Shown here in pieces: positions 20,731 to 32,080 of a DNA stretch of 64,000 nucleotides. The notes below the pieces were generated by a model, which was given only the letters and a program-made list of their open reading frames with translations, did not search any database and had not been told where the DNA came from. Made by a program: the position numbers and the translations under genes. The stretch comes from an uncultured Chloroflexia bacterium (lineage in GTDB: Bacteria; Chloroflexota; Anaerolineae; CG2-30-64-16). Location of the stretch: positions 288,001-352,000 of the forward strand of contig CAWEMM010000011.1 of the NCBI GenBank assembly GCA_963810095.1. Direction: 5' to 3'. Numbering within the stretch: the stretch's first letter is position 1; each line of letters opens with the position of its first letter.

Positions 20731-22157
20731 ATGCATTCCAATGTCAGTCGAAAATGGCTTGTCGTCAGCCTGGTGGTCGTGCTGAGCATGCTGCTGGCGG
20801 CCTGCGGCGGCGCCGCGCCCGCCACCGCGCCCACCCAGGCGCCTGCGCCCACGACCGCGCCTGTTGCGGAACCGACCAAGGCTCCTGAGCCGACCACGGC
20901 CCCTGAGCCCACCAAGGCGCCAGAGCCCACTGCGGCGCCCACCGAGGCCACCGCGCCCACTCGGCCGCCGAGCCCACCAAAGAGACTGCGGCTGCCACGG
21001 GCAAGGAACTCGTCATCGGCGAGTTGACAGACGATTCGGGGCTCCTGGCGCCCTACGGCCCGCTCTTCGAGCGCGGCTTCGAAATCGGCCTTGACTATGC
21101 GACGGACGGCAGCCGGGTGATCGCCGGGCGGCCGGTCAAGGTTGTGCTCAAGGACACCGTCAGCAAGCCGGACGTCGGCGCAACCTTGGCACGCGAGGCG
21201 CTGGAGAAGGACGGCGCCGAGATCCTCCTGGGCGTACCCAGCTCGCCGACGGCGCTTGCTGTGGGCGGCATCGCCACCGAAAACAAGAAGATCTACATCG
21301 CCGGTCCCGCGGCTGCCGATGCCATCACGGGCGCCAACTTCAGCCCGTATGTCTTCCGCTGTGGCCGCCAGAACATCCAGGACGCGCTGACCATGGGCGG
21401 CGGCCTCCTCGGCCTGGGCAAGAAGTTCGTCCAGATCTCGCAGGACAATGCGTTCGGGCAAGGCTCGGCCGCGGGCTTCTACAAGATCGTGAAGGCTGGA
21501 GGCGGGGCCTTCCCCCTCAATGACACTGAGAAAGGCGTTGGCGCAGTCTTCGCCCCGCCCGACACGACCGACTTCACCCCCTACATCAACCAGATCCTGG
21601 ACTCGGGGGCCGAGGTGCTCATCGTGACGTGGTCTGGCAACGGCTTCGTGCCAATGTTCCAGCAGATGCAGCAGCTGGGCGTCTTCGATTCCATGAAGGT
21701 CGCCACCGGCTTCGGCGACAACCAGGCGCTGAAGGCGGGCTACGAGGCGGCGAAGGATTCGTACGGCGTCAGCGTCTACCACTACTCGTTGTTCGACAAC
21801 CCGGTCAACAAGTACCTGACCGACGAGCACATCAAGCGCTTCAACGTCCCGCCGGACCTCTGGGCCGAAGCGGGCTTCAACTGCGCGGTGATGGTGAAGC
21901 AGGCTCTGGAAGCCACGAACGGCGACACGGACGGCGACAAGATGATCAAGGCCCTCGAGGGCATGAAGTTCCAGGGCCCGAAGGGTGACTACGAGGTGCG
22001 GGCGACCGACCATGCGCTGCTGCAGCCCATGACTTATGTCAAGCTGACGAACACCACCGACCCGGACTTCAAGTTCTTCGACCTGGTTACGCTCTTCAAG
22101 CCGGAACAGACTGCGCCGCCGTGTGCGGTGCCGGCCGATCAGAACCGCTGCAAGTAG
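20731..22157 (+). CDS. LIV-family ABC substrate-binding lipoprotein, frameshift near 20960
   Basis: Lipobox LAAC, a PTKAPEPT repeat linker, then a type I periplasmic-binding domain (SGLLAPYG, DNAFG, DFTPYI, GPKG). Confidence 0.88.
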
Positions 22158-22183
22158 CAGCCCATCCCGAGCCGGGAAGCTCG

Positions 22184-22256
22184 CCACGAAGACTCGAAGA
22201 CACGAAGGCGCACTGAAGCAATCTTCGGGCAACTTGGTGTCTTTGAGTCTTAGTGG
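22184..22256. repeat. Palindromic repeat family B (8-nt periodic CACGAAGA arms), copy 1
   Basis: ccacgaagactcgaagacacgaagg...cttggtgtctttgagtcttagtgg. Confidence 0.7.
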
Positions 22257-22287
22257 TGAACACCGGCTTTCGCCAGGGAGACCATCT

Positions 22288-23046
22288 ATGCCCGACACGA
22301 TCATCGAGACCCGCCAGGTCGCAAAACACTTTGGCGGCCTGCACGCGGTCGACGGAGTGGACCTGAAGGTGACTGAGGGCGCCATGCACTCGATCATCGG
22401 TCCCAACGGTGCAGGCAAGACCACGCTCTTCAACCTGATCAGCGGCTATCTCAAGCCGACGTCGGGCCAAGTATTCCTCCGCGGCCGCGAAGTCACCGGC
22501 CTCCCCCTGCATCGCATGGCGCATCTCGGGCTCGGACGCTCGTTCCAGATCACGAACGTTTTCCCCACCCTCACCGTGCTCGAAAACGTCCGTCTCTCGG
22601 CACAGGCGCTCGGGCACGACAACTTCAAGCTCTGGCAGGGCGCCGGCAAATTCCACGGCTATGAGGACAAAGCACGGGCCGCGCTGCACGACGTGGGGCT
22701 GGAAGAGAAAGCCGGCGTGCCCGCCTTGGTGCTGCCCCACGGCGACAAGCGCAAGCTGGAGCTTGCCATCATCCTCGCCGGCGACCCACAGGTGCTGCTG
22801 CTGGACGAGCCCACGGCCGGCATGGCGTCCGAGCAGGTGCCGGCACTCGTCGAAATGATCGCCCGCATCCGAGCCGCGGGGAACAAGACAATCATCCTGG
22901 TCGAGCATAACATGGGCATTGTCATGAACATCTCGGACCGCATCACCGTGATGCACCAGGGCCAGGTGCTGGCGGAAGGCAGCCCGCGCGAGATTGCGGC
23001 CAACGAGGCCGTCCAGAAGGCGTACCTGGGGGAAACGCATGACTGA
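22288..23046 (+). CDS. ABC ATP-binding protein, LivG-like
   Basis: GPNGAGKTT, LLLDEPTAG, LVEHNM. Confidence 0.92.
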   Translation: MPDTIIETRQVAKHFGGLHAVDGVDLKVTEGAMHSIIGPNGAGKTTLFNLISGYLKPTSGQVFLRGREVTGLPLHRMAHLGLGRSFQITNVFPTLTVLENVRLSAQALGHDNFKLWQGAGKFHGYEDKARAALHDVGLEEKAGVPALVLPHGDKRKLELAIILAGDPQVLLLDEPTAGMASEQVPALVEMIARIRAAGNKTIILVEHNMGIVMNISDRITVMHQGQVLAEGSPREIAANEAVQKAYLGETHD

Positions 23047-23825
23047 CATCCTTGAGGTCAACGCCATCCATACCTTCATCAACCAGTTCCACATCCTGGA
23101 AGGGGTCTCGCTCACGGTGCCTCAGGGCAGCATCACGGCGCTGCTCGGCCGCAACGGAGCGGGCAAGACCACGACGTTGCGCTCCATCATGGGACTCAAT
23201 CCCCCCCGGGAAGGCACGATCGTCTACGCCGGCGTGCCGATTCACGGCCAGACAGCCTACCAGATCGCCGCCCGCGGCATCGGCTACGTGCCCGAATACC
23301 GGGCCATCTTCCGTTCGCTGACCGTCGAGGAAAACCTCAAGATCGCGGAGCGTTCCAAGAACGACCTCGCGAAGCGCGGCGACCTCATCTTCGAGCTCTT
23401 CCCGGATTTGAAACGGTTCTACCGCTTGCCCGGCGGGCAGCTCTCGGGCGGCCAACAGCAGATGCTCGCCATTGCCCGTGCGTTGGTGCCGGAAAACCGG
23501 CTCCTGTTAGTCGACGAACCGAGTGAGGGGCTGGCCCCGATCCTCATCGACGCGATCGTGGTTGCACTGCGCCGGCTCTCGGCGCACGTGACGATCCTCC
23601 TCGTCGAGCAGAACTTCCGCATGGCGTCACAGCTCGCCGACCGCTACTACATTGTCGACGATGGCCAGACGGTCAACTCAGGGCGGATGGCCGACCTGAT
23701 CAACGACCGGCGCGCTCATCACGCGGTATCTTGGGGCAGGCTACGCCGGGGCGGCAAGTCACGCGGCCCCGCCGAACGAAACAGCCGCAGCCGCGGAAAC
23801 AGGTGTGGAGGGAGTGAACCAATGA
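23039..23825 (+). CDS. ABC ATP-binding protein, LivF-like, frameshift near 23710
   Basis: GRNGAGKTT, LSGGQQQM, DEPSEGLAP, LVEQN. The shifted frame ends LITRYLG...TGA, overlapping the next ATG. Confidence 0.88.
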
Positions 23826-25334
23826 CCGCCTTCTTTCGCCGCAACCGGCCACTCCTGGTCACGCTCTTGATCGTGCTGCTGGTGCTGGTCTGGATGGTGA
23901 ATCGCTTTCCGGCGCGGGTCAGCGCCAGCATCCTACTGTCGGGGCTGACGCTGGGTGCGCTCTATTTTCTTGTGGCGGCCGGCCTGTCGCTGATCTTCGG
24001 CCTCATGGACGTGCTCAATTTTGCGCACGGTGTCATCTTCATGATCGGGGCCTATTTTGGATTCACGGCCTACGCGAACCCCCGGCTCCTCCTCAACACG
24101 CTGCCCTTCGTGCTCGCCCTTCTGGGCGGTGCGCAGATCGGCCGGTGGATCGGCGGCATGCTGCCGCCGCGCTTCGGCAAGCGCTGGCTCGACACGGCCG
24201 CTCTCGTCATCATGTTCCTGCTCTCCGGCGCACTCCTGGTGTTTGCGCTGCGCGGCTTCAACATCACCGTGCTCACCGCGGCTGCGTCGACCGTCGCAGG
24301 CGGCGCGGTCGCCACGGACGTCGCCCAGGAGGTCGCGGCCGTCTTCCTGCCGCGCATCGTGCTCCTCACGGTGTCGGGCTTCTTCCTCGGCCTCGCCCTG
24401 AGCCGGACGAGCCCGGTCGAGGTGCGCCAGAAAACCCGTTGGCCGGCCGCCGCCATCGGCGCAGTCCTGGTCGCTGCGGCTTTCGCCATCACGCCGGTCC
24501 GCAGCCCCGCGGAAGCCTTTCTGCTGGCGACATCGTCCAACGCCCGCTTCGTCCTCGCGCTTCTCGTGGGGCTGCTGGTGGGCGGCGGACTCGGTGCTCT
24601 CGTCGAAACGTCCGTGATCCGGCCGCTATACGCCCGGCCCGTCTACCAGGTGCTCCTGACACTCGGCCTCAGCTATGTGGGCACTGAATTGGTCAGGAGC
24701 GTTTGGGGCACGGCCGGCTTCTTCATGACCACCCCCGCGCTTATTCGCCGGGTCGGGTGAAGGCTGTCCATCTCCCAACCTGTGGTCTTGGTTCAGCGAC
24801 CACTGCCAATCCATCCTCGTGCTGGGCAGGCCTTTCCCGTCCTACCGGCTCTTCATCATCGCGCTCGGCGTGGCGATGTTCGTAGTCATTTGGTTGATCC
24901 TGAAGAAGACGCGGCTCGGTATTATCATCCGGGCCGGCGTGCAAGACAGCGAGATGGTGCAAGCACTCGGCATCAACGTCCGCCGGGTCTTCACCATCGT
25001 CTTTGCGATTGGGTGCGCGCTGGCCGCCGTGGGCGGCGTGGCGGCCGCCCCGTTTCTGGGCGTCAACCTTGGACTCGGCGCGGAACTCCAGCTGCAGGGG
25101 TTTATTGCGGTCGTGATTGGCGGCATGGGGAACTTCGTCGGCGCGGCAGTGGGCGCGCTGCTGGTCGGCATGGCACGCGCATTTGGCGACCAGTTGGTCC
25201 TCTCCGGCATCCAGCTGCCCTGGATGAACGAGGCGCTGCGCATGTCGCCGGCGATCGCCCGTGCTTCGACCGTGCTCATCATGGCGCTCGTGCTGCTGCT
25301 CCGGCCCGCGGGGCTGTTCGGGAAGAAGGAGTAA
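23822..25334 (+). CDS. ABC permease, LivH-like with a large membrane insertion, frameshift(s) near 24740-24800
   Basis: GLSLIFGLMDVLNFAHG, TRLGIIIRA, VVIGGMG, RPAGLFG. Confidence 0.85.
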
Positions 25335-25338
25335 CGAC

Positions 25339-26403
25339 GTGGACCAGACGAGCTCACGCACGCGCGCCGTGCGCGGCGCCGGCAGATGGGGCGGCCTCCT
25401 GGTGCTGCTTCTGCTGGCCGCGTTGCCGTTCCTCCTCGCGCTGTTCACCGGGCAGCCGGTCAATGCCGGGACGCCCAAGTTCTGGCAGGGCTTGATCATC
25501 CAGGTATTTATCGCGGCAGTCTATGCCATGAGCTATGACCTGCTGTTCGGTTACACCGGCATCCTCAGCTTCGGCCACGCCATGTTCTTCGGCACCGGCG
25601 CGTATGTGGCCGGCATCCTGCTCAAGGAAGCCGGCTGGTCACTCGGACCGGCGGTGCTTGCGGTGATTGGCGTCGCAGTGCTCCAAAGCCTCCTGGTCGG
25701 CGTGGTGTCGCTCCGGGTCCGGGGGGTGTACTTTGCCATGGCCACCCTGGCCTTCTCGCAGATGTTCTACATCCTCGTCCAAGCCACCGACTTGCGCGAC
25801 ATTACCGGCGCAGAAGACGGCCTGCACGGCATCCCCGTGCCCGCCTGGTTAAGCCCGACCGACCATCGCCTGACGTTCTACTTCGTCGCGCTGGCGTTCT
25901 GCGTGGTGTGTTACCTGATGGCCCGGCGCCTGGTCGATTCGCCGCCCGGTCGCGTCATGGTGGCGATCCGCGAGAACGAACCGCGAGCCCAGATGATTGG
26001 TTACAACACCTTCGCTTACAAGCTCCTCGCACTCACGGTTGCTGGCGTCCTGGCGGCGCTGGCCGGCATGATGAATGCGCTGTGGAACGGGAATGCAACG
26101 CCCGAGGTCCTCAGCGTCGAGACGACGATCAACGCGCTGCTAATGACCATCATCGGCGGGGTGGGCACGCTGATCGGGCCCATGCTGGGCGCGGCCGTCT
26201 TCCAGCTGCTGGGCTACTGGCTGAACAGCGTGTTCGGCTCGCAGTGGCAGCTCATCTTCGGCGCGGTCTACGTTCTGCTGGTCGTCTTCCTGCCCTATGG
26301 TATCGTCGGGACGTACTATGCCCGGCGCAACGATATCCGAGCCGGCTGGCAGCGCCTGCTCCGTCCGTTGCACCCGCCCGCAAAGCCATCCGAGCACCTG
26401 TAG
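25339..26403 (+). CDS. ABC permease, LivM-like
   Basis: GYTGILSFGHAMFFG, RGVYFAMATLA, AIRENE, IIGGVG. Confidence 0.92.
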   Translation: MDQTSSRTRAVRGAGRWGGLLVLLLLAALPFLLALFTGQPVNAGTPKFWQGLIIQVFIAAVYAMSYDLLFGYTGILSFGHAMFFGTGAYVAGILLKEAGWSLGPAVLAVIGVAVLQSLLVGVVSLRVRGVYFAMATLAFSQMFYILVQATDLRDITGAEDGLHGIPVPAWLSPTDHRLTFYFVALAFCVVCYLMARRLVDSPPGRVMVAIRENEPRAQMIGYNTFAYKLLALTVAGVLAALAGMMNALWNGNATPEVLSVETTINALLMTIIGGVGTLIGPMLGAAVFQLLGYWLNSVFGSQWQLIFGAVYVLLVVFLPYGIVGTYYARRNDIRAGWQRLLRPLHPPAKPSEHL

Positions 26404-26518
26404 TGAGCCGGATGTTGTTTCCGGGGCTCCACCGCCACCGTCCGTGAAGTAGCCACGGCGATCGACGACGCAGGAGTGAGGTCCGCCGGTTCAGCGGCGC
26501 CACGTGCGCCCTGCCTTT

Positions 26519-26547
26519 TTGACGGACCCCTTGGGAAGGATTATACT
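26519..26547 (+). promoter_or_regulatory. Sigma70-type promoter of the MFS gene
   Basis: TTGACG-N17-TATACT. Confidence 0.7.
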
Positions 26548-26595
26548 TTCGTTCGGCGGCCGACTGGCCGCCGAATCTTTTGTAGTTCACGTGTC

Positions 26596-27912
26596 ATGCC
26601 AGAAAGCCAATCCATCCCGCGCCCCGCGCCACCTGCTGCGTCGCGGCTGAACACCCGCCTGGACGAGTTTCTCGCCGGGCCGTACGATCCTGAGACCGAC
26701 GCTCGCCCCGGCAGCCGCCGCGGCCGGCGCCTGTTCTGGGCCGACGGCTTCACCTCGAACGTCTCCGAGTCGGTCGTCACAAACTTCACGAACCCGTTTG
26801 CGCTGGCGCTGGGCGCCACGAACCAGCAAATGGGCATCATGAGCAGCATCGCCAACCTTGCCGCTGCGCTGGCGCTCCTACCCGGCGCCCGCCTCGACGA
26901 GCGCGTGCCCAGCCGCAAGCGCATCGTGGTAACGACGAGCTTCCTGCACCGCCTGCTGCTCATCGCGATCGCGCTCCTGCCGCTCCTGTTCGGGCCGCGG
27001 GCCATCTACGTCTTCATCTTCCTGGTGGCCGTGCGGTCGTTTTTCGCCCAGCTCGGCTTCCCTGCGTGGTCCGCCTTCAGCGCGGACCTGGTGCCCGCAC
27101 GAATCCGGGGCCGCTATTTCGGCGCGCGGAACATCGGGCTCGCCGTGGCGGCGCTCGTCTTTGCGCCGCTTTTCGGCCGGCTCGCCGACGTTATCGGCCT
27201 GCCGAAGGGCTACCAGGTCCTTTTCGTGATCGCCGCACTGGTGGGCTTTGGCGCGGTCCTGGTCTTCAGAAGCATCCCGGAGCCGCCGCGGTCGCGCTCG
27301 GCAGAGCAGGCCCCTGCGCAAGGGAAACAGCCTGTGCTGGCCCTGCTGCGAACGCACCCCCGCTTCGCCGCGTTCAGCGCGGTGGCCGTGCTGTGGAACC
27401 TGTCAATCATGGTCGCGGGGCCCTACTTCAGCGTCTACATCGTGCGCAACCTGGCAGCAAGCCCGACGATCATCGGTCTGCTCGCAGCTTCCAACGCTAT
27501 CTTCAACATCATCGGGCAGCGGGTCTGGGGCCGCACCAACGACCGCCGCGGTGCGGCATGGGTGATGGCCGCAACCGGCCTGATGATCCCGCTGATCCCG
27601 GCGTTCTATGCGGTGGCGCCCAACGCGTGGTATCTGATCGCCGTCGAAGCGTTCTCGGGCTTTATGTGGTCGGGCTATGGCCTTTCAAGCTTCAACATGA
27701 TGCTGGGGCTGGCGCCCGCCGAACAGCGCGCGCGCTTCTCGGCCGTATACCAGAGCGGCGTCTTCCTGGCGTCCTTCCTCGGCCCGCTCATCGGCATGGC
27801 GCTCGTCAGCGTCTACGACATCCGGCTTCTCTTTTGGATCTCCGCCATCGGCCGCCTGATCGCCTCGCTCCTCTTCATGGTTGCGGTGCGTGTCGGACCG
27901 GATCGCGAATGA
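26596..27912 (+). CDS. MFS transporter
   Basis: About 12 hydrophobic segments; LVPARIRGRYFG and WGRTNDRRG loop motifs. Confidence 0.88.
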   Translation: MPESQSIPRPAPPAASRLNTRLDEFLAGPYDPETDARPGSRRGRRLFWADGFTSNVSESVVTNFTNPFALALGATNQQMGIMSSIANLAAALALLPGARLDERVPSRKRIVVTTSFLHRLLLIAIALLPLLFGPRAIYVFIFLVAVRSFFAQLGFPAWSAFSADLVPARIRGRYFGARNIGLAVAALVFAPLFGRLADVIGLPKGYQVLFVIAALVGFGAVLVFRSIPEPPRSRSAEQAPAQGKQPVLALLRTHPRFAAFSAVAVLWNLSIMVAGPYFSVYIVRNLAASPTIIGLLAASNAIFNIIGQRVWGRTNDRRGAAWVMAATGLMIPLIPAFYAVAPNAWYLIAVEAFSGFMWSGYGLSSFNMMLGLAPAEQRARFSAVYQSGVFLASFLGPLIGMALVSVYDIRLLFWISAIGRLIASLLFMVAVRVGPDRE

Positions 27913-28000
27913 CGGCAGGGCGCAAGAATCACCTTGTGCCCGCTGCACCGCTTGTGCTAGAATCCCCAATGAACCCGCGACCTTTCAGTGGAGAGCCTCG

Positions 28001-28219
28001 ATGAACTGCCCGAACTGCGGCCAGTGGAACCCCGAAGACAAGCGCGTCTGTTGGCGCTGCGATGCGGAGCTGCCCAGGCCCGTCGAAAAGAAACCCAAGC
28101 CACCCCGGACGCTTTTTCTCGGCCTGCCGGTTTGGACGTGGGTCGTCCTGGTGCTGATGTTCGCGCTCCTGGCAGCCGCCCAGTGTCTTGGTCCGTCGCT
28201 CCTGAACCGGGGCGGGTGA
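28001..28219 (+). CDS. Small zinc-ribbon membrane protein
   Basis: CPNCG...CWRC followed by one TM helix; GGAGAG RBS; TGcTAGAAT at 27955-27963. Confidence 0.7.
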   Translation: MNCPNCGQWNPEDKRVCWRCDAELPRPVEKKPKPPRTLFLGLPVWTWVVLVLMFALLAAAQCLGPSLLNRGG

Positions 28220-29303
28220 GCACACGAGCAGGATCCCCGAGAGCTGGCGGCCCGCCTCCTGGAATGGATGCAGGCCGCACGGCGCGATCTTCCCTGGCGG
28301 CGCGACCGCACCCCGTATGCCGTCTGGGTCTCTGAGATCATGCTCCAGCAGACGCAGGCCGCCACTGTCGTACCCTACTTCGAACGGTGGCTGGCTCGTT
28401 TCCCCGACGTCGATGCGCTGGCAGCCGCCCCGCTTGATGATGTTCTGAAGCTGTGGGAGGGTCTCGGGTATTACGCGCGCGCCCGCAACATGCAGCGCGC
28501 CGCGCAGATGATGATCGAACGTCATGGCGGCCGCGTCCCGCGATACGGCCGGCGAACTTCTCGCCCTGCCCGGCATCGGCCGCTACACCGCAGGTGCGAT
28601 CCTGAGCATTGCGTTCGGAGAACCCGCGCCGATACTGGACGGGAATGTCCGCCGGGTCCTGTGCCGGGTTTCAGACGTAGATGGCGACCCGCGCAGCCCC
28701 GAGGTGGAAGATCACCTGTGGGGCCTCTCCACGGTGCTGATGCAGGCTGCGCCCCCCGAAGCGGTAGGGGAGTTCAACGAGGCGCTGATGGAGCTCGGCG
28801 CACTTGTGTGCACCCCAAGCGCCCCGAATTGTCCTGACTGCCCGATCCGCGCATTCTGTCTCGCCTTCGCGCGCGGCACCGTGGGCCAGCGTCCCACCAC
28901 CCACACCAAGCCCCCGACCCCGCACTACGACGTGACCGCCGGCGTCGTCCGCAACGAATTGGGCCAGGTTCTCATCGTCCGGCGGCCCCCTTCGGGCTTG
29001 CTGGGCGGGCTGTGGGGCTTTCCCGGGGGCGTCGTTGCGGCCGGTGAGGACCTGGGGGAAGCGTTAGCACGCACGGTGCGCGAACAAACGGGATTAAGCG
29101 TGCGGGCGCGCACGGTCGTTCGCACGGTCAAGCACGCGTACACGCACTTCCGCATCACCTTACATGCATTCACGGCGGAGATTGAGTCAGGGCAGGCGCA
29201 AGCCGTTACCTGCGCCGAGGTGCGCTGGGTCGAGGTGGACGAGCTGGAGGAATACGCGATGCCGGTGACGGACCGAAAGGTGGCCCGCGCCATCGAAAGG
29301 TAG
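28216..29303 (+). CDS. mutY: A/G-specific adenine glycosylase, frameshifts near 28240 and 28540
   Basis: [43 protein letters not shown], Fe-S motif [14 protein letters not shown]-terminal NUDIX-like domain. Confidence 0.93.
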
Positions 29304-29333
29304 ACCTTCGAGGTGTTCGAAACCTCGAAGGTC
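29303..29333. repeat. REP-like palindrome between convergent genes (possible bidirectional terminator)
   Basis: gaccttcgaggt-gttcgaa-acctcgaaggtc, 12-bp perfect arms. Confidence 0.65.
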
Positions 29334-29351
29334 GTGTGCGACAAGACGTGC

Positions 29352-30401
29352 TCAGCTCTTCCGGTCGACGAGCATGTCGAGCAGTTCGGCCAGCAGGCCG
29401 TGAGAGGCGCTCCCGTTGCTGCCGGTCGCGGCGATGACCTGCAGGGCCGCGTGGCCGCGGGTCGTCGCTTCCAGCACTGCCTGCTCGGTTGTCCGGCGCA
29501 CGCCGGCCTCTTCCAGCAGCGAAAGCACCCCGGGAACGTGCTCGGGGCCAAAGTCGGGTCCCGCGTACATGATCCGCAGCCGCTTCCCCACCCCCTCGTG
29601 GTTCAGCGCCAGCACGACCGGCAGCGACTTCTTCTTCGTGAGAATGTCGCTCGCTGCCGACTTGCCCGTCTGCTTCTCGTCACCCCAAATGCCCAGAATG
29701 TCGTCCTGCAGCTGGAATGCTCGGCCGAGGCTTGCGCCGTACTCGCGGTAGGCCAATGCCACTTCCGGCGACGCCCCGGCGACCAGCGCACCGATCTCGG
29801 GCGCCGCGCCCAAAAGCGCTCCGGTCTTCCCCGCGATCATGGCGTAATACTCGTCGACCGTAACGTCGAGCCTGTCCTCGAACGTCATGTCCATGTACTG
29901 GCCTTCGGTCAGCGCAAGGTTCATCTCGACGAACCGCTGCAGGGCCGCCAGCACGGCCTGCTGCGGGACGCCATGCGTTGCCAGGTCGAAGAACGCGGCG
30001 TGCGCCAGGCTGAACATCCCGTCGCCCACGTTGCATGCGATGGGCACGCCCCACACCGACCAGGCCGTCGCTCGGTGGCGGCGGGTCTCACTATTGTCCT
30101 CGATGTCGTCATGGATCAGCGAAAAGTTGTGGAGCAACTCGAGGCCGGCCGCGGCAGGCAGGGCCGTGCCCGGATCACCGCCCGCAGCCGAGCATGCAAG
30201 CAGGCATAGCACCGGCCGGATGCGCTTGCCCGAGGGCGCGACGGCCGGCTGAAGCTCCTCGTCGCGCCAGCCCATGTGATACTGCATGATTTCGTAGTGG
30301 CGGGCCGCTCGGGGATTGCGCGGCTCCAGCAGCCGGCGCATCTCGCCCTCGACCAGCGGGACATACTCGGCAAATGCCTCAGCCAGGTTCACGATACTCA
30401 C
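29352..30401 (-). CDS. Polyprenyl diphosphate (GGPP-type) synthase
   Basis: [35 protein letters not shown]. Confidence 0.93.
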   Translation of the reverse strand: MSIVNLAEAFAEYVPLVEGEMRRLLEPRNPRAARHYEIMQYHMGWRDEELQPAVAPSGKRIRPVLCLLACSAAGGDPGTALPAAAGLELLHNFSLIHDDIEDNSETRRHRATAWSVWGVPIACNVGDGMFSLAHAAFFDLATHGVPQQAVLAALQRFVEMNLALTEGQYMDMTFEDRLDVTVDEYYAMIAGKTGALLGAAPEIGALVAGASPEVALAYREYGASLGRAFQLQDDILGIWGDEKQTGKSAASDILTKKKSLPVVLALNHEGVGKRLRIMYAGPDFGPEHVPGVLSLLEEAGVRRTTEQAVLEATTRGHAALQVIAATGSNGSASHGLLAELLDMLVDRKS

Positions 30402-31424
30402 CCCACCTTCACCAGCCGTTCGGGCTCGCGCAGAGCCGCCACGCTGCCTGCTCCCGCGCAGAACATGGCAACCCGTAGCTCGGCAGCCAGTTGGTCGATC
30501 GTCGCCACCACCTCTTCCGGCCCTGCTGCGGCCGCCTTGAGGAATGAAGATGCAACCCCGACGAGCGTTGCGCCCAGTGCCAGCGCCTTCGCTGCCTCGA
30601 TGCCGGTTCGCATTCCCCCGCTGGCAATCAACGGGAGGCCGGGGGCACCCTCTTTCGCCATCAGCAGCGAGTCCGCCGTGGGGATACCCCAGTCGGCAAA
30701 GGCGCGCGCCAGCTTGCGCAGCGAATCGGAGGTGGCACGGTGGTACTCGACCTCGGTCCAGGAAGTCCCGCCCGAGCCGGCCACGTCGATGACGGCGATC
30801 CCGACCTCCATGAGACGCCGGGCCGTCGCCGTGCTGATGCCCCAACCCACTTCCTTTGCGATGACCGGCACGCCGACCTGGCGGACCACCTGCTCGATCT
30901 TTGCGTAAAGCCCGCGCCAGTTCCAGTCGCCGTCGCCCTGCACCGCCTCCTGGAGGGGATTCAAGTGCAGAATCAGCGCGTCGGCCTCGATCATCTCGAC
31001 GGCCCGCCGGCATTGGTCCACGCCGTAACGATAATTCAGCTGAATGGCGCCGAGGTTGGCAAACAGCAGGATGTCGGGGGCCAGGTCGCGGACCTTGAAC
31101 GTCTCGGCCGTCTCAGGCTGTTCGATGCCGGTGCGCTGCGAGCCCAGCCCCATCGCGATGCCGTGGGCCTGCGCGCCTTCGGCCAGGTTCCGGTTAATGA
31201 CGCGGCGCAGCCTCGGTCCCGCCCGTCATCGACGAGATCAGGAACGGCAGCCGGAGGTGCTTGGCCAGGAGCTCGACGTGGGTGTCAATCGCCTGGAGGT
31301 CCAGTTCGGGCAGCGCCTGGTGCACCAGCCGGTAGCACTCGAACCCCGTGGTGAGCGCCGGAAACTGGACATTCTCTTCCAGGTTGATGCGGATGTGATC
31401 GGCCTTTCGGCGGTCGTGGGCCAT
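30398..31424 (-). CDS. fni: Type 2 isopentenyl-diphosphate isomerase, frameshift near 31215
   Basis: RKADHI, ISSMTGG, GLGSQR, HLNPLQE, KEVGWG, GGTSW, DWGIPT. Confidence 0.92.
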
Positions 31425-31652
31425 GACGCCTCGCAGGTTTCTCGCATAATTACGGATGAGGAGGACGCAACTTCCGCCCGCTGACGGTGTTTTAGGATCA
31501 TGGGCCGCTCGTAAAGCACCCGACGGCCCGGGCTCGGCCTCGGGTTACAGCAGAGCGCCGAACGGCATCTTACCAGCCTCACCTGCCCCTGTCAAAGCTC
31601 AACGTGGCTTCTGACAGCCGAGGTGGCCGCTCAACAGCTGCCCCAGATGCGT

Positions 31653-31681
31653 TTGACACTCACACAGCGAGTGATTACAAT
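31653..31681 (+). promoter_or_regulatory. Sigma70-type promoter of acpP
   Basis: TTGACA-N17-TACAAT. Confidence 0.75.
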
Positions 31682-31755
31682 TCCGGACGTTATGACCCTG
31701 AGTTTACCGATCCGCGTCACAGGGCCCCAAATTGCTCAACAACAAGGAGATCTGC

Positions 31756-32004
31756 ATGAACCACCAGGAAATCTACGACGAAGTCAAGAAGATCGTCATC
31801 GACAAGCTGAACGTAACCGAAGACCAGATCACGCCCGAGGCGCGCTTCCGTGAGGATTTGAAGGCGGATTCGCTTGACCTTGTCGAGCTGATCATGGCCT
31901 TCGAAGAAGCATTCGGCGGCGAGATTAAGGACGAGGACGCTCAGAAGATCACGACGGTCGGCGAGGCCGTGTCCTACCTGGAAAAAGCGCAGGCTGGCGC
32001 CTGA
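31756..32004 (+). CDS. acpP: Acyl carrier protein
   Basis: [20 protein letters not shown] phosphopantetheine site; AAGGAG RBS. Confidence 0.95.
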   Translation: MNHQEIYDEVKKIVIDKLNVTEDQITPEARFREDLKADSLDLVELIMAFEEAFGGEIKDEDAQKITTVGEAVSYLEKAQAGA

Positions 32005-32021
32005 TCACGCGAGATCACGTT

Positions 32022-32057
32022 ACGAGCCCACACGGTGCGTGTGGGCTCGTTTGTTTT
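32022..32057 (+). terminator. Intrinsic terminator after acpP
   Basis: acgagcccacac-ggtgc-gtgtgggctcgt followed by ttgtttt. Confidence 0.8.
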
Positions 32058-32080
32058 GACGAGGGGGCGCTTTGCCCGCG

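Noticed and set aside
20820-20960. 18-bp tandem repeats (PTKAPE/PTTAPE)
   Set aside because: Ordinary Pro/Thr linker of a lipoprotein.
22994-24760. Apparent LivF-LivH fusion
   Set aside because: One indel near 23710 explains it; the shifted frame ends with a normal YLG tail and a stop overlapping the LivH ATG.
30402-31013. Long N-terminal extension on the polyprenyl synthase
   Set aside because: Shadow frame over fni; the true start is GTG at 30401.
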